This document shows, in pieces, positions 21,167 through 31,284 of a stretch of 64,000 nt of DNA (its first letter is position 1; every line of letters begins with the position of its first letter). The position numbers and the translations under genes were made by a program. The stretch spans positions 36,998-100,997 of the forward strand of contig CAYLHT010000001.1 of assembly GCA_964383765.1 (NCBI GenBank), read 5' to 3'. The DNA is from an uncultured Gammaproteobacteria bacterium. GTDB lineage: Bacteria; Patescibacteriota; Patescibacteriia; SBBC01; CAIJZX01. The notes below the pieces were generated by a model, which made no database searches, was not told the origin of the DNA, and saw nothing but the letters and a program-made list of their open reading frames with translations.

Positions 21167-21661
21167 CTAGAGTTTTCCCTGTAACCGCAGGATGAACAAC
21201 CCGACCATCCCGATTGATGCGAGAAGTTTCATAATCGTCCCGCCCATGAAGGCGACGATGGTGTAGTTACCGGATTGATAGGAGTAGACTTGGTCATGCC
21301 CGAGCAGCATTTCAGCCGCCAGCGCCCCGGCCAACGGACCAACTAAATATGTACCGATGGCCCCGAAAAAGGATCCGACCAGGCCGCCCACGACCGCCCC
21401 AAAAATTCCCCACGGTCCGGCTCGAAGTTTCTTGACCCCAGATTTACTCAAGGCAAAATCCAAGCCGATCGTGCCGAGCGCGATGATGGACACGAGCACC
21501 ATGAAATTTTGGTTGACCGTTGCAAAATGATGGCTGATGGCGTACAGAAAGATACCAAACCAGATAGTCGGAATTGACGGCGCGACCGGAAAGACGATCG
21601 AGGCGATGCCGCCCAAAATCAGGATGAAACTGAGGAGTGAAGCTAGGCCGCCAATATTCAT
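21167..21661 (-). CDS. DUF456-like small membrane protein
   Basis: 164 aa with 4 TM helices and a glycine-rich GxxxG pattern. Confidence 0.45.
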   Translation of the reverse strand: MNIGGLASLLSFILILGGIASIVFPVAPSIPTIWFGIFLYAISHHFATVNQNFMVLVSIIALGTIGLDFALSKSGVKKLRAGPWGIFGAVVGGLVGSFFGAIGTYLVGPLAGALAAEMLLGHDQVYSYQSGNYTIVAFMGGTIMKLLASIGMVGLFILRLQGKL

Positions 21662-21826
21662 CCCGTTAGAAATTTATCCTGCACATACAATCCGAGTTGA
21701 AACATCATATGATGGCCTAGATTAACCCGTGGTTGCGCAGATGAGCTGGTCTTACCCAGCAGTTTTTCTGGTCTCGTCATCGTGCTCAAGAAAAAAGGCA
21801 TAACGGCTGAAGAATTTCTAACGGGA

Positions 21827-22525
21827 TCATTGGGAATTCCAGCTTTTGGCTTTCAAGCCATTGAAGGCGGCGGCTACTTGGGCCTCTTGTTTCGAAGCGC
21901 CTTCGCCGGTGGCAACTTCTTCTGCCCCCAGGTACACCCCAACTAAGAAATGCTTATCGTGATCCGGTCCCCACTCTTTCAAAACTTTGTAATTGGGCGT
22001 CACCCCGATGACTTCCTGGGCGACTTCTTGGAACCGGCTCTTGGGGTCGATGTAACTCTGGGTGGCCAGGATGTTAGGAAGTTTCGCGATGATATGACGC
22101 TCGATGAATTTTTGAGCCGCATCAATTCCGGCGTCTAAGAAGAGAGCACCGATAATCGCCTCGATGGCGTTGGCATGAATATTCTGTCGAGCTTTTGAAG
22201 CTTTATCTTTAGCTTCACCGCGCGAGAGGAGCAAGTAATTGTCTAAATCAAGTTCTTTGGCGACTTCGGAGAGTGACTTCGCATTTACCAAACTCGCCCG
22301 CCAGTTGGTCAGGTCGCCTTCGGGATTGGGATAATGATGGTAGAGGTATTGACTGACTACCAACTCCAAGACCGCGTCACCGAGATACTCGAGTCGTTCA
22401 TTGTGGCCCAGCGGGAAATCCGGATTTTCGTTCAAGTACGACCGGTGGGCGAGCGCTTGCCGGATCAGGTCCTTGGTAGCGAAATCGTGCTGCAGCAGTT
22501 TCTCCAGGTCGGTCAGTTCAGCCAT
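21827..22525 (-). CDS. rnc: ribonuclease III
   Basis: RNase III signature ERLEYLGDAVLELVVSQYLY plus a C-terminal dsRBD. Confidence 0.9.
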   Translation of the reverse strand: MAELTDLEKLLQHDFATKDLIRQALAHRSYLNENPDFPLGHNERLEYLGDAVLELVVSQYLYHHYPNPEGDLTNWRASLVNAKSLSEVAKELDLDNYLLLSRGEAKDKASKARQNIHANAIEAIIGALFLDAGIDAAQKFIERHIIAKLPNILATQSYIDPKSRFQEVAQEVIGVTPNYKVLKEWGPDHDKHFLVGVYLGAEEVATGEGASKQEAQVAAAFNGLKAKSWNSQ

Positions 22526-22530
22526 AGTGT

Positions 22531-22995
22531 TTAGGCAGTCGGTGGGGGCGCGGCAGTCGTTGGAGCTGTCCCATAGTGCCCGGCGGCCATTAAATCGCGA
22601 TAGATTGCGCCGAGGACGCCATTTACGAACTTACCACTCGATTCTCCGCCGAAACCCTTGGCGACTTCAATCGCTTCATTGATTGCAACTTTGGGCGGGA
22701 CATCCGGGCTGAACTTCAACTCAAAGACACCGAGCCGCAACACATTGCGATCGACGATCGTAATTTGCTCAAGCGGCCATTCCGGCGCGTACTTGACGAT
22801 CACGGCGTCGATCTCATCGCGATGGTCCATCACGCCCTTAATCAGGGCTTCTGAAAAGCCTTGATCAGAGAAATCTGGTGCGAATTCTTTGAGGTTGTGC
22901 CGTAACAACTCGAGTGGGTCAGATTTTTTGCCGTTAAAATCCCACTCATACAGACTCTGCATGGCAATCGTCCGGGCGAGATGGCGGTTAGACAT
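22531..22995 (-). CDS. nusB: transcription antitermination factor NusB
   Basis: ARTIAMQSLYEWDF N-terminal helix; all-helical 154 aa. Confidence 0.7.
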   Translation of the reverse strand: MSNRHLARTIAMQSLYEWDFNGKKSDPLELLRHNLKEFAPDFSDQGFSEALIKGVMDHRDEIDAVIVKYAPEWPLEQITIVDRNVLRLGVFELKFSPDVPPKVAINEAIEVAKGFGGESSGKFVNGVLGAIYRDLMAAGHYGTAPTTAAPPPTA

Positions 22996-23105
22996 ACCCA
23001 GTACTACAACTTAACGTGCAAAAAGAAATTGCCTTGACCTACACGGCTCTTGTCAAAGGAAGTTGTAGTGCTGGGCATACTGAAAGAGCGCCGCGAGGTT
23101 AAAGG

Positions 23106-23342
23106 TTACTTATCGTCGGACTTTTCTCGCGACTGCTTGGCTTGTTTGGCTCGCTTCTCGACTTTTGAAGCCATTTTGATGACTTCGCGGCCTTGGTAAT
23201 ACCCACAGTGCGGACAGACCCGGTGTGGTCGGATGCGGCGGTGGCAATGGCTACAGGTGACGAGCGTAAACTGCTTGAGCGCAAAATGTGCAGCGCGTTC
23301 GCGTTTACTTTGTTTGGTGCGGCGTTTGGCGGGCAGGCCCAT
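23106..23342 (-). CDS. rpmF: 50S ribosomal protein L32
   Basis: MGLPAKRRTKQSKRERAAH...CSHCHRRIRPHRVCPHCGYY shows the L32 KRRxSKxR N-terminus plus Zn-ribbon cysteines. Confidence 0.75.
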   Translation of the reverse strand: MGLPAKRRTKQSKRERAAHFALKQFTLVTCSHCHRRIRPHRVCPHCGYYQGREVIKMASKVEKRAKQAKQSREKSDDK

Positions 23343-23467
23343 GGGATCGGTGATTCAGGAAATAAGGTGGCAGCGCTGGTTAGTACCGGGCAACTGACCG
23401 GATGAGTATACCATTTTTTTCGTCCTTGGCAAGTCTTTGTGTCAGCCGGATGTGGTATACTTTACCC

Positions 23468-24013
23468 ATGGCAAACACTCAACTAGCGACATTCGGAGGA
23501 GGTTGCTTTTGGTGTACAGAGGCGATATTCAAGGACCTGAAAGGCGTCTCGAAAGTTACCTCTGGGTATGCCGGCGGTTCAATGCCTAACCCGACGTACG
23601 AACAAGTCTGTGACGGCTCCACCGGTCACGCCGAAGTCGTGCAAATTGAATTCGATCCGACCGTCATTGGTTACGATCAAATTCTTGAAGTCTTCATGTT
23701 GACCCATGATCCAACGACGATGAATCGCCAAGGCGGTGACGTGGGTGAACAGTATCGCTCGGTGATCTTTGCCCACGACGACATGCAGAAAACCGTGGCT
23801 GAGCAGGTCAAAAACAAGTTGGAAATGGAAAAAGTCTACGATAAGCCGATTGTCACCGCGATTGTGCCATTTACGAACTTTTTCCCAGCCGAAAACTACC
23901 ACCAGGATTACTACGCCAAGAACCCCCAGGCTGGCTATTGTCAGATGGTGATTGATCCGAAGGTAGCGAAATTCCGGAAGAAGTTCGCGAGTCTACTGAA
24001 ATCGAGCGGCTGA
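23468..24013 (+). CDS. msrA: peptide methionine sulfoxide reductase MsrA
   Basis: GGGCFWCTEAIF catalytic motif, YHQDYY downstream. The start is set at MANTQLATF (ATG 23468). Confidence 0.9.
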   Translation: MANTQLATFGGGCFWCTEAIFKDLKGVSKVTSGYAGGSMPNPTYEQVCDGSTGHAEVVQIEFDPTVIGYDQILEVFMLTHDPTTMNRQGGDVGEQYRSVIFAHDDMQKTVAEQVKNKLEMEKVYDKPIVTAIVPFTNFFPAENYHQDYYAKNPQAGYCQMVIDPKVAKFRKKFASLLKSSG

Positions 24014-24193
24014 ACTCAAGCAGTCAGATAACGTTTACGCAAAGCGGTTGGAAACTTCCCAATCGCATATCGCAGCATCGTCCACGGCATGTGTTTGGAG
24101 ATTTTGAAACCTACCAATGTACACTTGACGCCGTAAGATAAAATACATACTATCTATCAACTTCCCAGTAGCAGACTTTCGTTTTTCCCGGAG

Positions 24194-24544
24194 GTGCAGA
24201 TGCTCATTCACCTGTATTACGCTGCGGGTATGCAGGAGAGACTCCTAGCGGAGGTTAGCGACAAGCTCCCAAGCTTGCTGGAGCGGGCCGGCCTACAGCT
24301 AGGCGCAATGTACGACATCCAGAGCTTCCCGCGCCAGCATCGGCGGGGAGATCGTGATGCCGCCGGGGTTCACATTTCGATCGTCATCTGGGGCGACATT
24401 CCTACTCAGATGGACGAGGAGAAACTGACCTCGAATCTGCTCGAGGCTCTGCGGCAAGCCGTACCTTGCCCGGTCTATGGCAAGATCAAGCTCATCGGCT
24501 CGAAGGTCATCGAACCGGCCAGCTTCGTAGCTGATCTTGGGTAG
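24194..24544 (+). CDS. hypothetical protein
   Basis: 116-aa GC-rich ORF with no motif. Confidence 0.35.
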   Translation: MQMLIHLYYAAGMQERLLAEVSDKLPSLLERAGLQLGAMYDIQSFPRQHRRGDRDAAGVHISIVIWGDIPTQMDEEKLTSNLLEALRQAVPCPVYGKIKLIGSKVIEPASFVADLG

Positions 24545-24606
24545 AACCCACAAGCTTCACCGGAGCCCCAGGCTCCTTTTTCTATTGAGAATCTTGCCGC
24601 TGTTTC

Positions 24607-25323
24607 CTAGTTCTGGGCCAAGTAACGCTTTCGTAAACTCTCCGGAAATTTTTCAATTGCATACCGTAGCATTGTCCGCGGCATATGCTTGGCGTGCTGT
24701 TTCAAAAATTTTTCTTCAGCGCCGCGATTGCGATCACCAACTTCGCGCAACATCCAACCCACAGCTTTTTGGATCAAATCGTGTTGATCGCGAACCAAGA
24801 TTTTTGAAATTTTCAACGTGTCTACAAATTGATTATTTCGAATAAAGGTTTGGGTGGCGATGATTGAGACTCGACGCTTCCACAGATTCGGTGAGACGGC
24901 AAGTTTGTACAAAATTGCTCGCGGTCGGTCTAAAAGATAGGTGCCAAGAATGTGTGAAGCTGATGAATCAACGATATCCCAGTTGTTGATGTGCGTAAGC
25001 AACTTCAAGTAGAGTTTCGCGATGGTAGCTTGTTGCGCTGGGGTTCCATGATCAAATTGCCACACCAAAATAATCACGCCGGTTAGCCGGTGCTCGTGGA
25101 TTTTTGATTTCAAAAGTTTCTCAATGTCTCGCAAGGGAAGATCGCGATATTTCTTGGCGACTTCCCGTTGCTCCGGAACCGTGACGCCAAGAAACACATC
25201 CCCATGACCGTATTCTCCGGGGCCGGTCCGGAAAAACCAAGCTGAGGCTTTGGCCTTCTTTGGCGTAGCCAGCCGGCGGAGGTCGGATTGGAGTTGGCTT
25301 ATTTTTCCAGAGGGCGAGCTCAT
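24607..25323 (-). CDS. DNA alkylation repair protein (AlkD/AlkC HEAT-like repeat family)
   Basis: ASAWFFRTGPGEYGHGDVFLGVTVP...WDIVD...KAVGWMLREVG blocks are typical of AlkD-family glycosylases. Confidence 0.8.
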   Translation of the reverse strand: MSSPSGKISQLQSDLRRLATPKKAKASAWFFRTGPGEYGHGDVFLGVTVPEQREVAKKYRDLPLRDIEKLLKSKIHEHRLTGVIILVWQFDHGTPAQQATIAKLYLKLLTHINNWDIVDSSASHILGTYLLDRPRAILYKLAVSPNLWKRRVSIIATQTFIRNNQFVDTLKISKILVRDQHDLIQKAVGWMLREVGDRNRGAEEKFLKQHAKHMPRTMLRYAIEKFPESLRKRYLAQN

Positions 25324-26168
25324 GCCGCCAACTTTCTCGATTCAGGCCTTTCTTCCGCCAACCGAGAAAAATTTTTTTCATGCTCAGCATCGATCGACCA
25401 ACCTTCTTTCTCAGCCCTTTCCAACAGTCGTGGAGCAGCATCAGCAACTGCCTTTTCGAGTTGCTCACGCCATTGACGCATCGAACCATCCAATTCTGCA
25501 TGTCGGGCTGCAGGGGTGGACAGATCAACACCAGCCAGTTCATTTTGCCAGCGATGGTTCCAGGCATCCTCCCATTCCGTACCCCAATACAATTCTAATA
25601 ATTCGCTGGGTCGTTCAAAGTCGTAGGTGTCGATCACCCGGTTGATGCCTAAGTTGGAAAACGAACTTTGCGCTTGACGTTGTTCGGACTCGTATACCCC
25701 ACCCATTGCTCCACTCACCCGTTGACGGGTAATGATCTCAGTCAGACCTTCGTCCATCACCCTTTTCCCAGTCGTGATACCGGCGTGAGTGGCTTCGTGG
25801 ACTAACGTATCTTCATAATGTTCAGGTGGTAAGCCCAGACCTTCCGGCGTGATGGCGGTTTTTCCGGTGGCTGGATTATAAAAAGCCAACACCCCGTTTT
25901 CCGCTTCTTGAATTTTGACTTCCTCAGGGCGCAGACCCGAAGCTGTCAGGGCTTGGCCCATGCGCATGATTTTGTAGGCCAATTCCTGTTTCGCATCGCC
26001 CTCGGCGTTCTTGTACGACTCAGCCCAATCGTCTAAAAGCTGACGAACAGTTTCGGCCGACTCACGGGCTGGTTCTTGCTCAATGCCAGCACCCTGCTCA
26101 TCATCCGGCGGAGGGGCAGGGGCGAGAGAATCTGGAGGCGAACTCGATTCAAACGTTTCCGGACCCAT
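25320..26168 (-). CDS. putative zinc-metallopeptidase-like protein (HExxH) with an acidic disordered N-terminus
   Basis: TLVHEATHAG (HExxH) with DEGLTE 14 aa downstream (possible third ligand). Overlaps the alkD-like gene by 4 nt. Confidence 0.45.
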   Translation of the reverse strand: MGPETFESSSPPDSLAPAPPPDDEQGAGIEQEPARESAETVRQLLDDWAESYKNAEGDAKQELAYKIMRMGQALTASGLRPEEVKIQEAENGVLAFYNPATGKTAITPEGLGLPPEHYEDTLVHEATHAGITTGKRVMDEGLTEIITRQRVSGAMGGVYESEQRQAQSSFSNLGINRVIDTYDFERPSELLELYWGTEWEDAWNHRWQNELAGVDLSTPAARHAELDGSMRQWREQLEKAVADAAPRLLERAEKEGWSIDAEHEKNFSRLAEERPESRKLAA

Positions 26169-26189
26169 ATTTCTAAAGTCTCTCTATAT

Positions 26190-26552
26190 TTACGAGGACA
26201 CAGATTGAACCGACGAGGCCGAGAACAATGTTATTGCCCAAATCACGAAAATAATGGGCAGTGCAATCGAAACGATAAACAAAATTTTCCCCCACATGTT
26301 CCACGGAGCCATGGCCTTCTCAAATTCTTCGCGACTAGACCAAGGGTGAGCATTCCAAGCCCATTCGTTACCTTTCATGCCGAGGACGATCCACCAGATT
26401 CCACCTAGCGCTGGCACGAAGGTGAGAAAGGCTAGCCAAGCATTAAACCGAATTCCCCAAATCCAGGTCAATCCAGCTGCACCCCAGTTCCAGCCGCTGG
26501 GATAGGGATGTTCGTTGTTTACAGATTGTTGGGCGGGAGAGGTTGCGGCCAT
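26190..26552 (-). CDS. small Trp-rich membrane protein (hypothetical)
   Basis: 120 aa with 2-3 TM segments, W-rich. Confidence 0.45.
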   Translation of the reverse strand: MAATSPAQQSVNNEHPYPSGWNWGAAGLTWIWGIRFNAWLAFLTFVPALGGIWWIVLGMKGNEWAWNAHPWSSREEFEKAMAPWNMWGKILFIVSIALPIIFVIWAITLFSASSVQSVSS

Positions 26553-26570
26553 AGTTATTTCGTTAAGTAC

Positions 26571-29036
26571 TTAGACAAGGGTGACACTCGCCACCCGATC
26601 TTTGGCGTCGTTAAATTTCATGACGCGGACACCTTGGGTGTCGCGACCAAGCGTCGAAATCGATTTGAGCGGTAAGCGGATGACTTGACCTTTGGCGGAA
26701 ATGACGATGAGATCCTGCGATTCAGCTTTGGCGTCGACAATCATAGCCGCAGAAATCTTGCCGGTTTTGTCAGTGATCTTGGCGGTCTTAATCCCGGAGC
26801 CAGCGCGGCCTTGGACTTTATAAGCGTTGATGGCCGTGCGCTTGCCGAAGCCGTTCGCCATGATGGTCAATAGCTGCTCAGTCTTGCCTTCTTTCCCTTC
26901 GTCCATCACGTCCATGCCCACAACTTCATCGGTACCTTTTAATCGCATACCGCGTACACCCGCCGCTGAGCGGCCCATGGGTCGAACATCATTCTCTTTA
27001 AACCGGATGGATTGTCCGTTGGCGGACACTAACATCACGTGGTCTTTGCCGGTGGCCGGCTTGACCCAGCGCAAACGGTCGCCGGATTTGAGCTTAATGG
27101 CAATCAAGCCCGAGCGCCGGATATTCTGGAATTGGTCGAGGCTGACTTTTTTGATGACCCCATTCTTGGTGACCATGACCAAGTACTTAAACGGCGACAA
27201 GTCTTCCATACTCAAGACATTGGCAATCTTTTCTTCGCCGGTGAGTTGCAAGAAATTCACGATCGCTTGCCCCTTGGCAGTCCGCGAGGCCGCCGGCACG
27301 TCGTAGGCTTTGAGTTCAAACAGTCGGCCGGTAGTCGTGAAGAATAAGATGTCAGCATGCGTCGTGGTTGAGAAGAAATTCGAGACTTGATCTTCTTCCT
27401 TGGTGGTCAAACCGATCACGCCCTTACCGCCGCGACTTTGGGTTTTAAAGTTTTCTGGTGATAAACGTTTAATATAACCATCGTTCGTCAACACCACGAC
27501 CGTTGATTCATTCGGAATCAAATCTTCTTGCGTAAACGTTCCAACCGCGCCCTTAACGACTTCAGTTTTACGCTCATCTCCAAATTGTTTTTTCAGTTCT
27601 GCCAATTCTTCTTTAACCACGCCCAGAATTTTCTTGGGTGATGCCAGGAGAGCTTCCAATTCCTTAATCAGCGCCAGTTTTTCCTTATGCTCTTGTTCAA
27701 TTTTGAGGCGCTCCAAGTTGGCTAACTGTTGCAAACGCATTTCGAGAATCGCCTGCGCCTGTTTTTCCGTTAACTTGAATTTGGTCATCAAATTTGACTT
27801 GGCTTCGTCCTTATCTTTCGATTTCTGAATAGTCCGAATGACGTCTTGAATGTTGGCCAGGGCGATCAGTAAACCTTTCAGAATGTGATCGCGGTCTTTA
27901 GCGCCTTGGAGTTCATACTCAGCGCGGCGACGAACAACCACTTGGCGGTGCTTCAAATACTCTTCCAACACCATTTTCAAGGTTAGTACCCGTGGTTGAA
28001 TACCGTCGACCAACGCCAGCATGTTAACGTGGAATGTTTCCTGCAACTGCGTCAACGTGTACAGCCGGTTCAAGACTTTCTTCGGGTAGGCGTCCTTTTT
28101 CAGTTCAATCACAATCCGAATGCCTTCTTTGTTTGATTCATCACGCAAATCGCGAATGCCATCAAGTTTTTTCTCGTGGACCAATTCTGCGATGCGTTCG
28201 AGCAGCGTGGCTTTGTTCACCTGATACGGAATTTCGGTGACGATAATGTTGAACGCGTTGCCTTTGCCTTCGACGATGTCGGCTTTAGCGCGCATCACGA
28301 TCGCGCCCTTGCCGGTCGCGTAGGCGGCCTTGATATCGGCGTGGCTGTAAATAATTCCGCCGGTTGGAAAATCCGGACCTTTGACGAATTGCATTAAGTC
28401 ATCGACATCAGCCGACGGATTTTCGATGAGATGTGAAGTCGCGTCGATAACTTCCGTGACATTGTGCGGCGGAATGCTGGTCGCCATACCAACGGCGATA
28501 CCGACGGTGCCGTTCAGCAACAAGTTCGGCAGTTTGGCCGGCAAGACTTTCGGTTCTTTGTGCGAGCCGTCGTAGTTTGGAACGAAGTCAACGGTGTTCT
28601 TGTCGATGTCGAGCAACATCTCAGCCGCGATTTTGTCCATCCGGGCCTCGGTGTACCGCATGGCGGCCGGGGCATCGCCGTCGACTGATCCGAAATTACC
28701 TTGTCCGTCCACCAGGGTGTACCGCATTGCAAAGTCCTGGGCTAAGCGGACCATGGAATCATAAATCGCCACGTCGCCGTGTGGGTGGTACTTACCAATC
28801 ACTTCGCCGACCACGGTCGCTGATTTCCGATATTTCGTGCCAGGCCGATTCCCGATGTCCCACATCGCGTAGAGAATACGACGGTGGACCGGTTTCAAAC
28901 CATCTCGAACGTCCGGTAATGCCCGTTGAACAATAACAGACATTGCATAGTCCAAGTATGATTCCTGCATTTCCGTCACCAGCGGCCGCGGTTCGATTTG
29001 CCCGATCTGGAATTGGGGTTTCGGTTCAACCGCCAT
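26571..29036 (-). CDS. gyrA: DNA gyrase subunit A
   Basis: YAMSVIVQRALPDVRDGLKPVHRRILYAM, active-site Tyr region, and C-terminal beta-pinwheel repeats (821 aa). Confidence 0.95.
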   Translation of the reverse strand: MAVEPKPQFQIGQIEPRPLVTEMQESYLDYAMSVIVQRALPDVRDGLKPVHRRILYAMWDIGNRPGTKYRKSATVVGEVIGKYHPHGDVAIYDSMVRLAQDFAMRYTLVDGQGNFGSVDGDAPAAMRYTEARMDKIAAEMLLDIDKNTVDFVPNYDGSHKEPKVLPAKLPNLLLNGTVGIAVGMATSIPPHNVTEVIDATSHLIENPSADVDDLMQFVKGPDFPTGGIIYSHADIKAAYATGKGAIVMRAKADIVEGKGNAFNIIVTEIPYQVNKATLLERIAELVHEKKLDGIRDLRDESNKEGIRIVIELKKDAYPKKVLNRLYTLTQLQETFHVNMLALVDGIQPRVLTLKMVLEEYLKHRQVVVRRRAEYELQGAKDRDHILKGLLIALANIQDVIRTIQKSKDKDEAKSNLMTKFKLTEKQAQAILEMRLQQLANLERLKIEQEHKEKLALIKELEALLASPKKILGVVKEELAELKKQFGDERKTEVVKGAVGTFTQEDLIPNESTVVVLTNDGYIKRLSPENFKTQSRGGKGVIGLTTKEEDQVSNFFSTTTHADILFFTTTGRLFELKAYDVPAASRTAKGQAIVNFLQLTGEEKIANVLSMEDLSPFKYLVMVTKNGVIKKVSLDQFQNIRRSGLIAIKLKSGDRLRWVKPATGKDHVMLVSANGQSIRFKENDVRPMGRSAAGVRGMRLKGTDEVVGMDVMDEGKEGKTEQLLTIMANGFGKRTAINAYKVQGRAGSGIKTAKITDKTGKISAAMIVDAKAESQDLIVISAKGQVIRLPLKSISTLGRDTQGVRVMKFNDAKDRVASVTLV

Positions 29037-29038
29037 GG

Positions 29039-29473
29039 TTAGGAATTGGTATTACTGAATTGCGGAAAAACTTGCTGTTCGTACTTTTGGATTTCCGGGT
29101 TTTGCGGCGCAGATTTTTTCTCTGGACCGCTTAAGCTGAAACTCCGGATCGCATGAACAAAGTCAGTAAAGAATGTATTCTTTTGTCCAGTCGCCTCAAC
29201 CTCGTATTTAATCGTTGTCAACCAACCGCCGAGAATCAGAAAGGCTCCCACCCCCACCGCCCACCACATCACCCGGCGACGCTGGACTTCGCTGGCTACC
29301 AGCGGGGCTGGTGAAATACTTTTTTTCACTTCTGGTTTTGTCTCAGGAGGTTTGATGGCCTTGACCGGTTCGGGCGGAGCCACCACCGGTCGAGAAATTT
29401 TCTGAGTCGTTGGAACAACCCGAACCTTGATTGATTGTTCAGATTTGCGTTTGGGTGCCGGACGCGTAGCCAT
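29039..29473 (-). CDS. hypothetical single-TM protein with a Pro/Lys-rich N-terminus
   Basis: 144 aa with one TM (VMWWAVGVGAFLILGGWL); translationally coupled to gyrA. Confidence 0.45.
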   Translation of the reverse strand: MATRPAPKRKSEQSIKVRVVPTTQKISRPVVAPPEPVKAIKPPETKPEVKKSISPAPLVASEVQRRRVMWWAVGVGAFLILGGWLTTIKYEVEATGQKNTFFTDFVHAIRSFSLSGPEKKSAPQNPEIQKYEQQVFPQFSNTNS

Positions 29474-29474
29474 G

Positions 29475-30086
29475 TTAGGAGACGCTTAACACAACAATCT
29501 GCGTTTCTTCCGCCGGCAATTCTTTTTTCACGATCTTCAACTTTTCAACCGGCTCGGTCGACTTGGCACCAATTTCTTTCAGAAACGGAGCGACATCTCC
29601 ATAACCGGCTGTGCCACCTTTAACTTTGTATTGAATCGGCACGACAATTCGCGGTTCGATTTTACTAATCAACTCGGACGCTGCCTCATCATCGAGGACT
29701 GATTTTCCGCCGACCGGGATGAATAAAATATCGACACCCTCAAATTGACCGAGTTGGCCGTTGTCGAGTTGCTTAGCCAAGCCGCCCAGGTGACCGAGGC
29801 TAATATCTTCGGCTTCAATTCGGAAGTGGATTCGACCCGGATCGTTTGCGACTGGGACACCGTAGACAAAGACACCCTGACGCTCATACTCGCCCGGGAC
29901 GTCAATCACAAACGGGTCCCCGCTGAGCGATTTCCAATCCCGGCCCGAGCTTTCAGATAAGGCCACGATGTGAGCAGCTTGCTTGCTCGGCCCGAAACCG
30001 GAAGCCTTATCCGGCGGATCAATCAGGACAACCGTATCTTTAACTTGGAGGCGAATTCCGGCTTCGCCCAGCCACGAAATCTGCAT
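29475..30086 (-). CDS. MBL-fold metallo-hydrolase (UPF0173-like)
   Basis: MQISWLGEAGIRL...VLIDP start and HxHxDH-region degenerate motif, 203 aa. Confidence 0.6.
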   Translation of the reverse strand: MQISWLGEAGIRLQVKDTVVLIDPPDKASGFGPSKQAAHIVALSESSGRDWKSLSGDPFVIDVPGEYERQGVFVYGVPVANDPGRIHFRIEAEDISLGHLGGLAKQLDNGQLGQFEGVDILFIPVGGKSVLDDEAASELISKIEPRIVVPIQYKVKGGTAGYGDVAPFLKEIGAKSTEPVEKLKIVKKELPAEETQIVVLSVS

Positions 30087-30200
30087 GCCAGAGGGGGTCT
30101 CAGGTGGGTAAAATTAGCTTGGAAAGTATAGCAAAAAACCGATGTCGCGACAAGGGTTTTTTTGGCTGAGATTAGGCCCGTTTTGGGGCTGTTTTTATCC

Positions 30201-31103
30201 CTAAAATGGAAGCCCTTCGTCCACGTTGACCGGTGGGGTCGGGTGAGCTTCATTTGCCGGCTCTGCTGGGGCTGTTGGCGGCGGTTCGTTCGGTGAGGAA
30301 TCGTGACCGCGCAGGGTTGGAATGGCTAGATTTTGGCTCGGTGGCTCGGTCGGTTGATGAGGCTCAGTCATAGTCCCACCCGTAAAGCCAGCGGAAAATT
30401 GGCTGAGCTTCGGAGCCGCTGGAGCAGCGGGCGGTGGGGTTGGTGCAGTTTGTTCTACTGGCGCAGTGTGTGGTGTTCCGGTTTGATGGTCTGGAGCGGC
30501 CGACCAATTGTTTGGGGTGTCGGACAGTGGAGTGATCGCTCCCATGGCTGGTGTACTCGGCTGGCGTCCGGTAATCGGTGCATGTTGGATGTGAAGCCGC
30601 TCCTGGAGACTTGCTCGATTTTGAGCCGTTGTCGGGGCACCTCGCGTGATCGCTTCGTGCTGGGGTGTTTGCTCAGCCTGTATTTTGATGAGCTTTCCAC
30701 CACCCTGTGTGTCTGTTCCCGAACTCATGCCTGATGCCAGGCCGCCGGCCGCTTGCTTTTGCATGCGTGCAATATGGGTCGCGGCCGCTGCAATTTTCTT
30801 CATGCCCTCCTTTGTCACAACCCCACCACGGGTATATTTGCCGAGAGCATATAACTGTTCCTTGGTGAAGCCTTCGCGTTCACCATGTCGAAAGGCGATC
30901 GCCTCACGATTGAGCTCTTTGTCGATCGGTGATTTGATGTACCCTTTCCCGCCGGCGATTTTCAAAAAACCTTTCATTTGCTCTTTCGCTGATTCCTGAT
31001 GAAATGGTTTTGGGGTCGGCTGTGGGCGCGTAGGTTGTTGGCGAGCAGGACGACTAAGACCTCCGCCAGAGCGGAGAACAGCCAAAGTACTTTTTGCAAT
31101 CAT
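30201..31103 (-). CDS. hypothetical Pro/Thr/Ala-rich low-complexity protein
   Basis: 300 aa; the C-terminal half is a PTPPAAPAAP-type low-complexity region. Confidence 0.45.
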   Translation of the reverse strand: MIAKSTLAVLRSGGGLSRPARQQPTRPQPTPKPFHQESAKEQMKGFLKIAGGKGYIKSPIDKELNREAIAFRHGEREGFTKEQLYALGKYTRGGVVTKEGMKKIAAAATHIARMQKQAAGGLASGMSSGTDTQGGGKLIKIQAEQTPQHEAITRGAPTTAQNRASLQERLHIQHAPITGRQPSTPAMGAITPLSDTPNNWSAAPDHQTGTPHTAPVEQTAPTPPPAAPAAPKLSQFSAGFTGGTMTEPHQPTEPPSQNLAIPTLRGHDSSPNEPPPTAPAEPANEAHPTPPVNVDEGLPF

Positions 31104-31284
31104 AGAGAGATTATATCATTTTTTTGACCCAAAGTCAATCTAGATATGCGAACGCTTGCAAATAATTGCGTCTTCATATATACTCGCCAAGCTTTATTCA
31201 CTAAGAAAACGCTTTTCTTTCCCCTGACGCTCAAGCGTCGTCAGGTCCCGATGTGCTTCGCAATCGGGATAAACAATTGAATAT

